Part shown: piece after piece, positions 9,538 to 17,848 of the stretch
Layout: every line of letters begins with the position of its first letter
Numbering within the stretch: position 1 is the stretch's first letter
Source of the DNA: Candidatus Woesearchaeota archaeon
GTDB taxonomy: Archaea > Nanobdellota > Nanobdellia > SCGC-AAA011-G17 > JACPIM01
Length of the DNA stretch: 64,000 bases
NCBI GenBank assembly: GCA_043817645.1
Contig: JBDRGP010000014.1
Coordinates: 11,879-75,878 of the forward strand
Direction of reading: 5' to 3'
Program-made: the position numbers and the translations under genes
Notes under the pieces: generated by a model
What the model saw: only the letters and a program-made list of their open reading frames with translations
Databases searched by the model: none
What the model was told of the DNA's origin: nothing

Positions 9538-9768
9538 GTGAAAAGAGTGGCAAAATACAAGATAAAATATGACAGATCAAAATGCATTGGAGCAGCTAAC
9601 TGCGTTCAAATAGCTCCAGATACCTGGGAATTAGACCCAGATGGTCTAGCAAAAGCAAAAAAAACAGGAATAGAAGAAAAAGAACTACAAAAAAACATAA
9701 AAGCAGCGAAATCCTGCCCTACACATGCAATCGAAATCTATGACGAAAAAGGCAAAAAACTTGTCTAA
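9538..9768 (+). CDS. Small single-cluster ferredoxin
   Basis: YDRSKCIGAANCVQIAPD ... CPTHAI, a C..xxC...CP pattern. GTG start 4 nt after the TrxR-like stop. Confidence 0.65.
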   Translation: MKRVAKYKIKYDRSKCIGAANCVQIAPDTWELDPDGLAKAKKTGIEEKELQKNIKAAKSCPTHAIEIYDEKGKKLV

Positions 9769-10150
9769 TATTTATATTTTAGGAAATCCTTTACTAAAAG
9801 AGGATTCCCTGCCTTTAAAATTACTTCCAGAATTAAAAAAATCATTTAAAAATATAAACTTCATAGAGTTAGATCCTACAGAAAATCTTCCAGAAGAAAA
9901 AGAATTAATTCTAATCGATACAATAATAAATACAGACAAAGTAAAAATCTTAACAGACATAGAAAAAATACAATCTTCTCCACAATGTTCTTTACATGAT
10001 TTTGACCTGGGTTTTCAACTAAAATTAATGAAAAAACTAAAAAAAATAGACAAACCTGTCATAATCGGCGTACCATCAAAAGAGAATCAAGATAAAATTT
10101 TAAAAGAACTTAAAAACATCATACCCAATTTACTTTCAAAAAATGACTAG
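9740..10150 (+). CDS. [NiFe]-hydrogenase maturation endopeptidase (HycI/HoxW-like)
   Basis: ILGNPLLKEDSL, LILIDT and SLHDF are collinear with the Asp/Asp/His metal site of the family. The start is uncertain (ATG 9725 or 9740, or TTG 9761). Confidence 0.6.
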   Translation: MTKKAKNLSNIYILGNPLLKEDSLPLKLLPELKKSFKNINFIELDPTENLPEEKELILIDTIINTDKVKILTDIEKIQSSPQCSLHDFDLGFQLKLMKKLKKIDKPVIIGVPSKENQDKILKELKNIIPNLLSKND

Positions 10151-11399
10151 CACAGCTTATGCAAGGATCATAAGCCCTTACTAACTTCTCCATCTCATAA
10201 ACTAATTCTTCCTTAGACAATTTTTTAAGATTCTTCTGAACCAAATTTCTAATATCCAATCTCATATTAACCTGATTTTGCTGTGTAGGTACAACTATAC
10301 TCCCATTTTTAACAATACCTTTCTTACTTAAAGCCAATCTATAAAACAAAGTACCTCTCGGAGCCTCAATCAAGCCAACACCCTCACAATCCTTAAATTC
10401 AATTTTTTTTGGCTCTTCAGGCTTAAAATTAGCACTCTCAATAATCTCAATAGCCTGATCAATAGAATGCAGTATTTCAATACCTTGCGCCAAATTATTA
10501 TGAAAGATATTATTAGAAGGGAATAATTTCAAATATTTTTTAGCATCCCTCTTTGTATCCTTATGCAACCCTTGTTTATTCAAATTCAATCTAGCCAAAG
10601 CACCAACCATATATGTCTTACCTTTAAAAGCATAGCCGACGGCCTGAGAATAAGGCATCACAACCTTATGCAAGTACCTAAAATAATCTTTCTCTTTAAC
10701 AACCATCCCGCTAGTACTCCTTATCTCGCCTTCTAAAAAATCAAACTGTTTAGCAACCAAACCAACAAAATTAGTATTTCTAGTGTAATCTACCTTGCAG
10801 TCATAATAAACATCCAAAACATCAAATAACTTCCCCCTAGCTTTTTTTAAATCCTTAATCACAGCTTTTAAATCATCATTCTTAGGGATATTAGCATATC
10901 CACCAACTAAAGGGAATGGAGCATGCACAGCCCTTCCAGCAACCAAAGTACTTAATTTATTCCCAGCACGTTTAATCTCCAAAGAATCGAACAGGTACTT
11001 GCTCTCTTTTTTATCAAAATTTAAAACAGAGTCTTTACCAAAAACATCAGGCAGACTAAACAAATAAACATGCAGAGCATGATCTCTAATCATCATCCCA
11101 TACATAGTCAATTTTTTCAATAAAAGAGTCTGCTCGCTTGGTCTAACCCCCAAAGCTTTCTCAATAGCCTCAATACAGCACATAGTATGGGCTATTGAAC
11201 AAGTACCACAAATCCTAGCAACACTTTGAGGTAGGGTATCAATCTCCCTTTTCCGAATAGCCTGTGTAAAAAATCTTTTATTATCAGTAAACTTAATCTT
11301 CACGTCCTCAACTTTATTTTTTCTAATTCTAACAGCTATATCTGCATGGCCCTCAATCTTACTAATATTCTGTATACTGATATCCACATCTTTTTTCAT
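10119..11399 (-). CDS. [NiFe]-hydrogenase large subunit (group 3-like)
   Basis: N-terminal RICGTCSIAH (RxCGxCxxxH) and C-terminal DPCISCASH (DPCxxCxxH), followed by a 7-aa tail. Confidence 0.85.
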   Translation of the reverse strand: MKKDVDISIQNISKIEGHADIAVRIRKNKVEDVKIKFTDNKRFFTQAIRKREIDTLPQSVARICGTCSIAHTMCCIEAIEKALGVRPSEQTLLLKKLTMYGMMIRDHALHVYLFSLPDVFGKDSVLNFDKKESKYLFDSLEIKRAGNKLSTLVAGRAVHAPFPLVGGYANIPKNDDLKAVIKDLKKARGKLFDVLDVYYDCKVDYTRNTNFVGLVAKQFDFLEGEIRSTSGMVVKEKDYFRYLHKVVMPYSQAVGYAFKGKTYMVGALARLNLNKQGLHKDTKRDAKKYLKLFPSNNIFHNNLAQGIEILHSIDQAIEIIESANFKPEEPKKIEFKDCEGVGLIEAPRGTLFYRLALSKKGIVKNGSIVVPTQQNQVNMRLDIRNLVQKNLKKLSKEELVYEMEKLVRAYDPCISCASHFLKVNWV

Positions 11400-11875
11400 T
11401 TTACCTTAAACACCTTCAAATATTTATTTAAAACTTTTAAAAAACCTTCCTCGCTCATAGGACATCCAGGAACTTGATCATCCACTTTAACAATTTCTTT
11501 TAAAGTCTCCACTTTTTTTAACATATGAAATCTCTCAACCAAAAACTCAACTTCTTCTTTCCGCTTAGGATCAAACAAGTTTCTTTGAGCAGCAGGCATT
11601 CCATTTATTGCGCAAGACCCAATAGCAACTAACTTCTTACAATTCTCTCTGATTTTTTTTAATTTTTTAACATCCCTATACGAAGCAATAGCCCCCTCAA
11701 CAAAAGCAACATCCAATCCCTCTAGCTTATTATCCTTTTTCAAAACTCTCATATATTGAAAATCAACAACTTTTAACCATTCTTTTAAATGATCATTCAT
11801 CATCTCAGTAAGTACAATTGTATTATCTTCACAGCAAGAAAAAGAAAACCACCCCACTTTTAATTTTTTTGACAT
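11396..11875 (-). CDS. [NiFe]-hydrogenase small subunit, truncated form (proximal cluster only)
   Basis: KVGWFSFSCCED, FVEGAI...KKIREN.KKLVAIGSCAINGMP and VPGCP are collinear with the N-terminal half of group-3 small (delta) subunits. 159 aa. 4-nt overlap with the large subunit. Confidence 0.75.
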   Translation of the reverse strand: MSKKLKVGWFSFSCCEDNTIVLTEMMNDHLKEWLKVVDFQYMRVLKKDNKLEGLDVAFVEGAIASYRDVKKLKKIRENCKKLVAIGSCAINGMPAAQRNLFDPKRKEEVEFLVERFHMLKKVETLKEIVKVDDQVPGCPMSEEGFLKVLNKYLKVFKVK

Positions 11876-11893
11876 ATTACTCTCCTAAATCAC

Positions 11894-12103
11894 CTACTCT
11901 AATTTTATCCTTTGCTTTCTCGGTAACAGCAACCTTTCTTTCTTCTCCTTTGCTTCCTCTAAACTTTTTATCTCATCCACATAATAATCAGCCAACTCCA
12001 ATTTACCTTCTTCCCTTGCCTTCTCTAATTTTTGTTTATGAATCTCAATTTGTTTTGTTAATGAATCAACTCCTTTTCTTGCTCTCACCTTCCTTTTAAC
12101 CAT
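11894..12103 (-). CDS. Small basic coiled-coil protein
   Basis: 69-aa K/E-rich ORF overlapping the upstream AbrB-NTase gene by 19 nt. No recognised family. Confidence 0.35.
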   Translation of the reverse strand: MVKRKVRARKGVDSLTKQIEIHKQKLEKAREEGKLELADYYVDEIKSLEEAKEKKERLLLPRKQRIKLE

Positions 12104-12876
12104 TTCCTAACCTCTTTATATCTCTTCAATGCCAAATTATATATCTTTCTCATTTCACCGATAGTAATATCGCTCCTTAAATCTTTTTTGGCATCTCTCT
12201 TTACCTGATAAATTTTATATATCTCTTCAATCCTTTCTTTCTCAATTCCCTCTTTTCCTATATCTTTCTTAATATCCAAGGTTTTATATATTTTATTTTT
12301 TAAAAGAGCTCTAACCAAGTATAACCCACGCAATCTTAAAATAATCGGATAGATTAAAGAACTTGTAGCTATATCTGAATCACCATAACCATCCATCAAA
12401 TCATCAATTATTCTCAAAGCCCTTTTAGTAGATTCTGCATGCTCTTTAAAGTAAGAAGGTTTCAACTCTATTTTCCTCAAATCTTTAAGAAGCGCCCCAT
12501 TAATTATAGGCCTTGCCTCTTTTATCATAGACATTATTAATAACGGATAATAAGTAATTAATTTATCCATCCTCTCCCTGCTAATCGCATAAATATCATA
12601 AGGCTCCTTCTTAGGAATTTTAATTGGCTTATCCATTATTACCAAAATATCCACGTCCGAAGTATTTGTTTGTTCCATTCGAGCATATGAACCAGTAAGA
12701 TATATCCCTTGTATATCAGCAAGATAGGGGTTCATTTTACTAAGTACATCTTTCTGAACTTCTTCTATAGCCAATGGAGCGAGCGGTCTGGCTTCTACCT
12801 CTAAACCCAACCATTTTCTAGGCACTCTCACTCCTGCACTATTTCCCCATTCCGTAGCTCGTCTTATCAGTTTCAT
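12085..12876 (-). CDS. AbrB/MazE (SpoVT) domain fused to a minimal nucleotidyltransferase (MNT) and a helical C-terminal domain
   Basis: N-terminal TEWGNSAGVRVPRKW (swapped-hairpin motif), then GSYARMEQTNTSDVDILVI (GS..x..DxD NTase motif). Confidence 0.65.
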   Translation of the reverse strand: MKLIRRATEWGNSAGVRVPRKWLGLEVEARPLAPLAIEEVQKDVLSKMNPYLADIQGIYLTGSYARMEQTNTSDVDILVIMDKPIKIPKKEPYDIYAISRERMDKLITYYPLLIMSMIKEARPIINGALLKDLRKIELKPSYFKEHAESTKRALRIIDDLMDGYGDSDIATSSLIYPIILRLRGLYLVRALLKNKIYKTLDIKKDIGKEGIEKERIEEIYKIYQVKRDAKKDLRSDITIGEMRKIYNLALKRYKEVRKWLKGR

Positions 12877-12900
12877 GTGTATACTTTTCTAGAATTTGTA

Positions 12901-12922
12901 TATACTTATAAACCTTTCTAAA
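12901..12922 (-). promoter_or_regulatory. BRE/TATA promoter of the AbrB-NTase gene
   Basis: Minus strand reads tttaGAAAGGTTTATAAGTATA, about 25-30 nt upstream of the ATG at 12876. Confidence 0.5.
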
Positions 12923-12936
12923 ATCCCAATTAGCCT

Positions 12937-13236
12937 CTATTGGCTCTTATTAAGTTTTTTCTTTCGAAGCTTCTTAAGTTCATAGGCAATCCAAGCCTTA
13001 ACAACAGAAGGATGAACTTGCAATCTCAGTAAAACAAGATCCCTGATTTCAGCAGTAGTCACTTCGCTAATAGAACCAAGATAATCAATAATCTCCTTCA
13101 CAGTCTCATCAATAACAGTCTCATGCAAATGCTCAGGAAGTCTGGCGTCCTTTACAGCCTTCTTTACAGACCTCTTAATCTTCTTAGCACTAAACTTCTG
13201 CTTTTTACCACTTTTTTTAATAACCTTTTTAGCCAT
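12937..13236 (-). CDS. ATP-cone domain protein
   Basis: VIKKSGKKQKFSAKKIKRSVKKA...EIRDLV matches the ATP-cone pattern (V.KrdG..e.F...Ki..si). Confidence 0.6.
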   Translation of the reverse strand: MAKKVIKKSGKKQKFSAKKIKRSVKKAVKDARLPEHLHETVIDETVKEIIDYLGSISEVTTAEIRDLVLLRLQVHPSVVKAWIAYELKKLRKKKLNKSQ

Positions 13237-13293
13237 AAAAGCTCAATTCAAAAAATAATAAAGCATATAAATAAACCTTTCTATTTTAATCCC

Positions 13294-14187
13294 ATGAACA
13301 GAGGTGTAAAACTAGTTTTAGCAACTGCAATCATATCAGGCTTTGCAATATTTCTAAATTCATTTGGTGTTAAAGGCATAGATTCTAGTATTTTCACCTT
13401 CTCAAAAAACATACTAGTAGCAATTTTCCTTCTAAGCACAATATTCTTCCTAAAACAATTCAAAGAACTAAAATCATTAACTAAAAAATCCTGGCTAAAA
13501 TTAGCATTAATAGGCCTAATAGGTGGCTCAATTCCTTTCTTATTATTCTTCAAAGGACTCCAATTAGCAACAGGCCCTACTTCAGCATTCATCCACAAAA
13601 CATTATTCATTTACGCAACCATTCTAGCATTTATTTTCTTAAAAGAAAAACTAAATTGGAAAATCACAATCCCAACAATTCTCTTACTTATAGGAAATTA
13701 CTTCTTACTCAAAATAAACGCTTTTAATTTTGGTAAAGGAGAACTGCTAATATTAATAGCTACCCTATTCTGGGCAACTGAAAACATTCTAAGCAAACAC
13801 ACCTTAAAAGAGCTGTCAGGAAACCTAGTAGCTTTCGGAAGAATGGCTTTCGGATCATTATTCATCTTAATTTTTTTAATTACAACAAACAAAACACCTT
13901 TATTACTTAGTCTACAGTTTAATCAAATATTATGGACCTTAGCAACCTCAATACTACTTCTATTATTCGTAACAACATACTATAATGGACTAAAAACAAT
14001 TAAAGTAACAACAGCAACAAGTATCTTATTACTAGGGAGTCCAATCACATTATTATTAAACCTCTTACTTTTAGGAAAAGCAATAACTATTTTGCAAGTA
14101 ACGGGTATGCTTTTAACAACCACAGGAGTTTTATTCATAATTTACTTCTTTGAAAAATCAACTCAAGAAACAATCTCAACAGCATAA
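13294..14187 (+). CDS. EamA/DMT-family transporter
   Basis: About 10 TM segments in two EamA-like halves. Start moved to the ATG at 13294 because the longer track ORF overlaps the ATP-cone gene antisense. Confidence 0.75.
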   Translation: MNRGVKLVLATAIISGFAIFLNSFGVKGIDSSIFTFSKNILVAIFLLSTIFFLKQFKELKSLTKKSWLKLALIGLIGGSIPFLLFFKGLQLATGPTSAFIHKTLFIYATILAFIFLKEKLNWKITIPTILLLIGNYFLLKINAFNFGKGELLILIATLFWATENILSKHTLKELSGNLVAFGRMAFGSLFILIFLITTNKTPLLLSLQFNQILWTLATSILLLLFVTTYYNGLKTIKVTTATSILLLGSPITLLLNLLLLGKAITILQVTGMLLTTTGVLFIIYFFEKSTQETISTA

Positions 14188-14636
14188 CCATAATGGATAG
14201 TAACTAAATCCCCAACCTTAGCCTCTGGAACTAATTTATTATGAACAGGCCTGGTTTTATTACCAAACTTAACAATCAACACATCTCCCTTTTTCTCAAC
14301 AATTTCTGCCACATGAACCTTACAAAGCTCTTTCAAAGTTCTAGGAACCTTTCCAGAAATCTCAAATCCTTTCTCCACTATCTCATTATGTCTCTTCAAA
14401 AAGAATTCCTCAAGAACGTCCAAATCCCACCTATCTCTACCAAGCTCCTCAGCAATAGAATCAATTCTCTTAAAGGCTCTAAAGAAAATTCTCTCTAATT
14501 TCTCTCTTGGTAAAGGAACACTAGTTGTAGCAGCATCTTCAAGCTCTTTCACTTCTGCCTCATCAATCTCTCCCATCTGTTGGCATATTAAAGCACATGG
14601 AAATGAATATTTTAAGAAAAAAACTTCAGGTTTCAT
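14163..14636 (-). CDS. Protein with a HypC/HupF-like C-terminal barrel and a 100-aa N-terminal extension
   Basis: C-terminal CKVHVAEIVEKKGDVLIVKFGNKTRPVHNKLVPEAKVGDLVTIHYGYAVE parallels the HypC pattern (MC.a.P..v......a.V.f.G....v...lv......GD.VlvH.G.A). Overlaps hypC by 4 nt. Confidence 0.45.
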   Translation of the reverse strand: MKPEVFFLKYSFPCALICQQMGEIDEAEVKELEDAATTSVPLPREKLERIFFRAFKRIDSIAEELGRDRWDLDVLEEFFLKRHNEIVEKGFEISGKVPRTLKELCKVHVAEIVEKKGDVLIVKFGNKTRPVHNKLVPEAKVGDLVTIHYGYAVEIVS

Positions 14637-14830
14637 TTAAGCAACTCCAACCATTGTTTAACTTCTTCCTCAGGAACCTTTTCAATAACGATCTTCCCTT
14701 GAACTATAACAAAATCCCCAAGACCGTAACCTTCTTCAACTATCTTAGCCTCTCTTTTCTCAGAACCATAATCCACAATAGCCATATCTCCATTAATTTC
14801 CACTATTTTACCCGGAATTGCTAAACACAT
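14633..14830 (-). CDS. hypC: Hydrogenase assembly chaperone HypC
   Basis: MCLAIPGKIVEINGDMAIVDYGSEKREAKIV...GDFVIVQ. Start set at the conserved Met-Cys, and the longer track ORF was rejected. Confidence 0.8.
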   Translation of the reverse strand: MCLAIPGKIVEINGDMAIVDYGSEKREAKIVEEGYGLGDFVIVQGKIVIEKVPEEEVKQWLELLK

Positions 14831-14911
14831 ACAAATTAACCAAACTCCCAAACTTATATTTTTTTCCCTACTAAGAAGATTTATAAAAGCTCCATCAAAG
14901 ATAAGCCAAAA

Positions 14912-15391
14912 ATGGAACTTAAAAGATACACCGTACGTTGTCCAACTGAAGGATCTCTCTTCGCAGATAATTTCACAACAGTAGAAGGAGAAAGATACAC
15001 ATGGTACCTCGCAAACAATAGAGTTGGAATAACTCCAGGTACTGGTGAAGTGATTAAAAGAAGGTTCTTCTCAAATGCTCTAGTAGAATACGAAATAGCA
15101 AAAGCAAGAGCATTCTACTTAGACTTTCTAGTAACTAAAGAAACTCTTCGAGTTAGAAAAAGCCCTCCAAACATAACAAGAGAAAAAAAACAAGCGGGTT
15201 CTCATGACCAAAATGAAGCTGCATCCAGGCTTGTTGAATTATTATCCTCTCAAGAACAAATTTTCGCATTCAGAACAAAAGCAAAACCAGAAGATCCATA
15301 CCCAAGAATCTTAACGTTCTCAACTACACCTCCAACTGAAGACCTATACCTTCAAAGACCAAATATGCCTATAACAATCTCATACCCATAA
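14912..15391 (+). CDS. Hypothetical protein
   Basis: 159-aa ORF with normal amino-acid composition and no recognised motif. 12-nt convergent overlap with the transporter gene. Confidence 0.35.
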   Translation: MELKRYTVRCPTEGSLFADNFTTVEGERYTWYLANNRVGITPGTGEVIKRRFFSNALVEYEIAKARAFYLDFLVTKETLRVRKSPPNITREKKQAGSHDQNEAASRLVELLSSQEQIFAFRTKAKPEDPYPRILTFSTTPPTEDLYLQRPNMPITISYP

Positions 15392-16720
15392 GAACCTAGC
15401 AACCAAAGCTAAAACAATCACAGAAATTATAGTTAACAAAATACCAGCCTTTAACATATCCTTAATACTAACTTTACCAGTAGCATAAGCAATCGCATTT
15501 GGAGGAGTCCCAACAGGCAATAAGAAGTCAAGAGAAACAGCAATTCCACTTAACATAGCCATATTCTTAGGAGAAAAACTCAAAATAGCAGCCAAAGACA
15601 AAATTACAGGAACTAAAATAGCAGCAGTAGCAGTATTCGAAGCCAAAGCACCTAAAGCAATAGAAAACACAATAATCCCTAAAATAACAACAAATAAAGG
15701 AAAGCCTTTTAACAAACTAGCCATTCCTCCAGCAAAAAAATCACTCAACCCAGAAGAAAACATAGCACTCCCTAAAACCAAACCACCACCAAACAAAATC
15801 AAAACCTGATAATTAATCCTATTCAAATCCCCAAGTCTCAATAATCTAATTAAAAATAAAAAAGTAGCACTCATTAAAGCTATCAAACTACTACTCAAAC
15901 CATGAAAACTAGTTGTCAACCATAACAAGATAGTAACCACAAAAACCCACATAAAGATTTTTTGTTCCTTAGTTAATTTTCTCAGCTTAGGAACCTTACT
16001 AACCTTAATATCCTCAAAGGGGAATATCTTCATCAATAACAACCAAGCAACAGGAACTAAAATAATCACTAAAGGCAAAGCAGCCTTCATCCATTCAAAA
16101 AAAGTAACATGTATATTAGAAATCTCTAACAATTTAGAAACAGTAATAGCATTGGGAGGACTTCCCAAAATAGTGCCAACACCGCCTATATTCGCACTAT
16201 AGGCAATACCTAAAACAGTAGCTTTAGTAAAATTAGTCATCTTCTTCCGAAATTTAGCAACAATACCCAAAGCAATGGGAATCATAACAACAGTAGTCGC
16301 AGTATTCGAGATCCACATAGACAAAAAAGCAGTTACAAACATCAAAGCCAGCAAAGCATACCTATCATCTTTAATCCTAAATGCAATTCTCCTAGCAATC
16401 CTTTTATCCCACCCAACATCCTGCATCGCTCTGGCAATCAAAAATCCGCCAAAAAACAAAACCAAAACAGGGTCAGCAAATTTAACAACCGCATCATTAA
16501 AACTAAAAACCTTAAACAAAACTATCAAAATAGTAGCGACTAAAGATGTTAAAAATAAAGGAATAGTCTCAGTAACCCACAATAGAGCAGCCAAAACCAA
16601 AATAGAAAATACTACTTTAGCCTCATTAGAAACTGGCAAAGGCAAAAAATATGAAAGTATGGTGATTAAAACAATTACAAGCAACTTCTTTAAATGAAAC
16701 TCTTTTTTGATAAATATCAC
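15380..16720 (-). CDS. DASS/SLC13-type anion (di/tricarboxylate or sulfate):cation symporter
   Basis: 446 aa, more than 10 TM segments, LWVTETIPLF motif near the N-terminus, internally repeated halves. Confidence 0.7.
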   Translation of the reverse strand: MIFIKKEFHLKKLLVIVLITILSYFLPLPVSNEAKVVFSILVLAALLWVTETIPLFLTSLVATILIVLFKVFSFNDAVVKFADPVLVLFFGGFLIARAMQDVGWDKRIARRIAFRIKDDRYALLALMFVTAFLSMWISNTATTVVMIPIALGIVAKFRKKMTNFTKATVLGIAYSANIGGVGTILGSPPNAITVSKLLEISNIHVTFFEWMKAALPLVIILVPVAWLLLMKIFPFEDIKVSKVPKLRKLTKEQKIFMWVFVVTILLWLTTSFHGLSSSLIALMSATFLFLIRLLRLGDLNRINYQVLILFGGGLVLGSAMFSSGLSDFFAGGMASLLKGFPLFVVILGIIVFSIALGALASNTATAAILVPVILSLAAILSFSPKNMAMLSGIAVSLDFLLPVGTPPNAIAYATGKVSIKDMLKAGILLTIISVIVLALVARFLWV

Positions 16721-16780
16721 CTCTAAAATAAATTAAATTCATTTTTTATAAATATAAATTATTCTATTTTCAGTTTAGTG

Positions 16781-16854
16781 TACTAAGTAACATATTCATT
16801 ATATACTAAGTAGCATATGATACTAAGTAACGAAAGGTTTATATACTAAGTAAC
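16781..16854. repeat. Four direct copies of TACTAAGTA(A/G)C spaced 23/17/23 nt
   Basis: Copies at 16781-16791, 16804-16814, 16821-16831 and 16844-16854. The last two bracket the BRE/TATA at 16832-16845. Confidence 0.8.
16832..16845 (+). promoter_or_regulatory. BRE/TATA promoter of the 16869 gene pair
   Basis: GAAAGGTTTATATA, 24 nt upstream of the ATG at 16869. Confidence 0.55.
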
Positions 16855-16868
16855 ATAATATTTTAAGC

Positions 16869-17258
16869 ATGAAACTAGAAACTCATTTAATCTCTTTCAA
16901 AGAACATAAGGAAACAATTTTTGAGTGGGCTTTAAAAATAAAGGGACTAAAAAACTCACAAAGAATAATTGGAACACATACTTCCAGGGCCATTATAGAC
17001 CTATTAGCAGCCTACCTACTCAAAAGAAATTTAATAAGCCCCGGAATTCAAATAAATCACCGATGGTTCAAATCATCAAGAGTTTCAGAAAAACTACCAG
17101 AATTTGATAACAAAAAAGAAGTCCTACAAAAGATGATTAAATTAGAATTATTATGCGAAGACCTTACTTATGGAGCAATAAAACCAGAAGAGAACATAAA
17201 GAAAGCAATTTTATTATTTAAAGAACTAGAAAATGAACTACAAAATGGAGAGAAATAA
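16869..17258 (+). CDS. Helical protein, probable partner of the downstream nucleotidyltransferase (HEPN-like?)
   Basis: 129 aa, all-helical character, 26-nt overlap with the NTase gene. No clear Rx4-6H motif. Confidence 0.4.
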   Translation: MKLETHLISFKEHKETIFEWALKIKGLKNSQRIIGTHTSRAIIDLLAAYLLKRNLISPGIQINHRWFKSSRVSEKLPEFDNKKEVLQKMIKLELLCEDLTYGAIKPEENIKKAILLFKELENELQNGEK

Positions 17259-17838
17259 GATTATATCCTTAGCACTAAATTTCACATCTTTTTTAATTCC
17301 CAAAGCCAATATAAAAAAAGTAATTTTATTTGGTTCAATTGTTTCAGGAAATTTTGATAGAGAATCAGATATCGACTTATTTATAGAAAGTTCAGAAAAA
17401 GAAACCAAAATAAAAAATCTCCTAGAGCTATATCAAAAAACAGAAGAATATGAAAAATTTAAGTTAGAAGGAATAAATAATGAGATTTCGCTTAAAGTAG
17501 GAAATTTAAATGATTGGAAAGATTTAAAGAGAAGTATAATTTCAAACGGACTAATTTTATACGGCCACTACAGGGATCAGCCAGAAAAACTAAAACATAA
17601 AATAGCATTTATATTAGACATAAGAAAAGCACCGAGAACAAAGAAAATAAAAATATGGAGAAAAATCTACGGATATAAACAAAAAGTGGGGAAAAAAATA
17701 TATATTTCGCAGGGCCTAATAGAAAAAAAATTAGGAAGAGGAGCATTTTTAGCATCCTTAGAAAACTCCGACGAAATACAAAAATATTTAAGAAAAAATA
17801 AAGTAAAGTATTCTCTTCTCGACATTTGGTTAGATTAA
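17233..17838 (+). CDS. Nucleotidyltransferase-domain protein (MNT-like)
   Basis: LFGSIVSGNFDRESDIDLFIE motif. Confidence 0.7.
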   Translation: MNYKMERNKIISLALNFTSFLIPKANIKKVILFGSIVSGNFDRESDIDLFIESSEKETKIKNLLELYQKTEEYEKFKLEGINNEISLKVGNLNDWKDLKRSIISNGLILYGHYRDQPEKLKHKIAFILDIRKAPRTKKIKIWRKIYGYKQKVGKKIYISQGLIEKKLGRGAFLASLENSDEIQKYLRKNKVKYSLLDIWLD

Positions 17839-17848
17839 ACAAGCCTCC

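Noticed and set aside
13123-13293. Long 354-aa version of the EamA transporter ORF
   Set aside because: The first 57 codons are antisense to the ATP-cone gene and its promoter. The transporter's first TM segment begins right after the internal ATG at 13294.
14831-14851. Extended HypC start (MGVWLICMCLAIPG)
   Set aside because: HypC function requires Cys at position 2 after Met removal. The conserved MCLAIPG start at 14830 is far more likely.
16781-16854. Possible CRISPR-like array, given the repeated TACTAAGTAAC units
   Set aside because: Repeats are only 11 nt with irregular 17/23-nt spacing, and there are just four copies. They overlap a BRE/TATA promoter, and there is no leader or cas gene. 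An operator array is the better interpretation.
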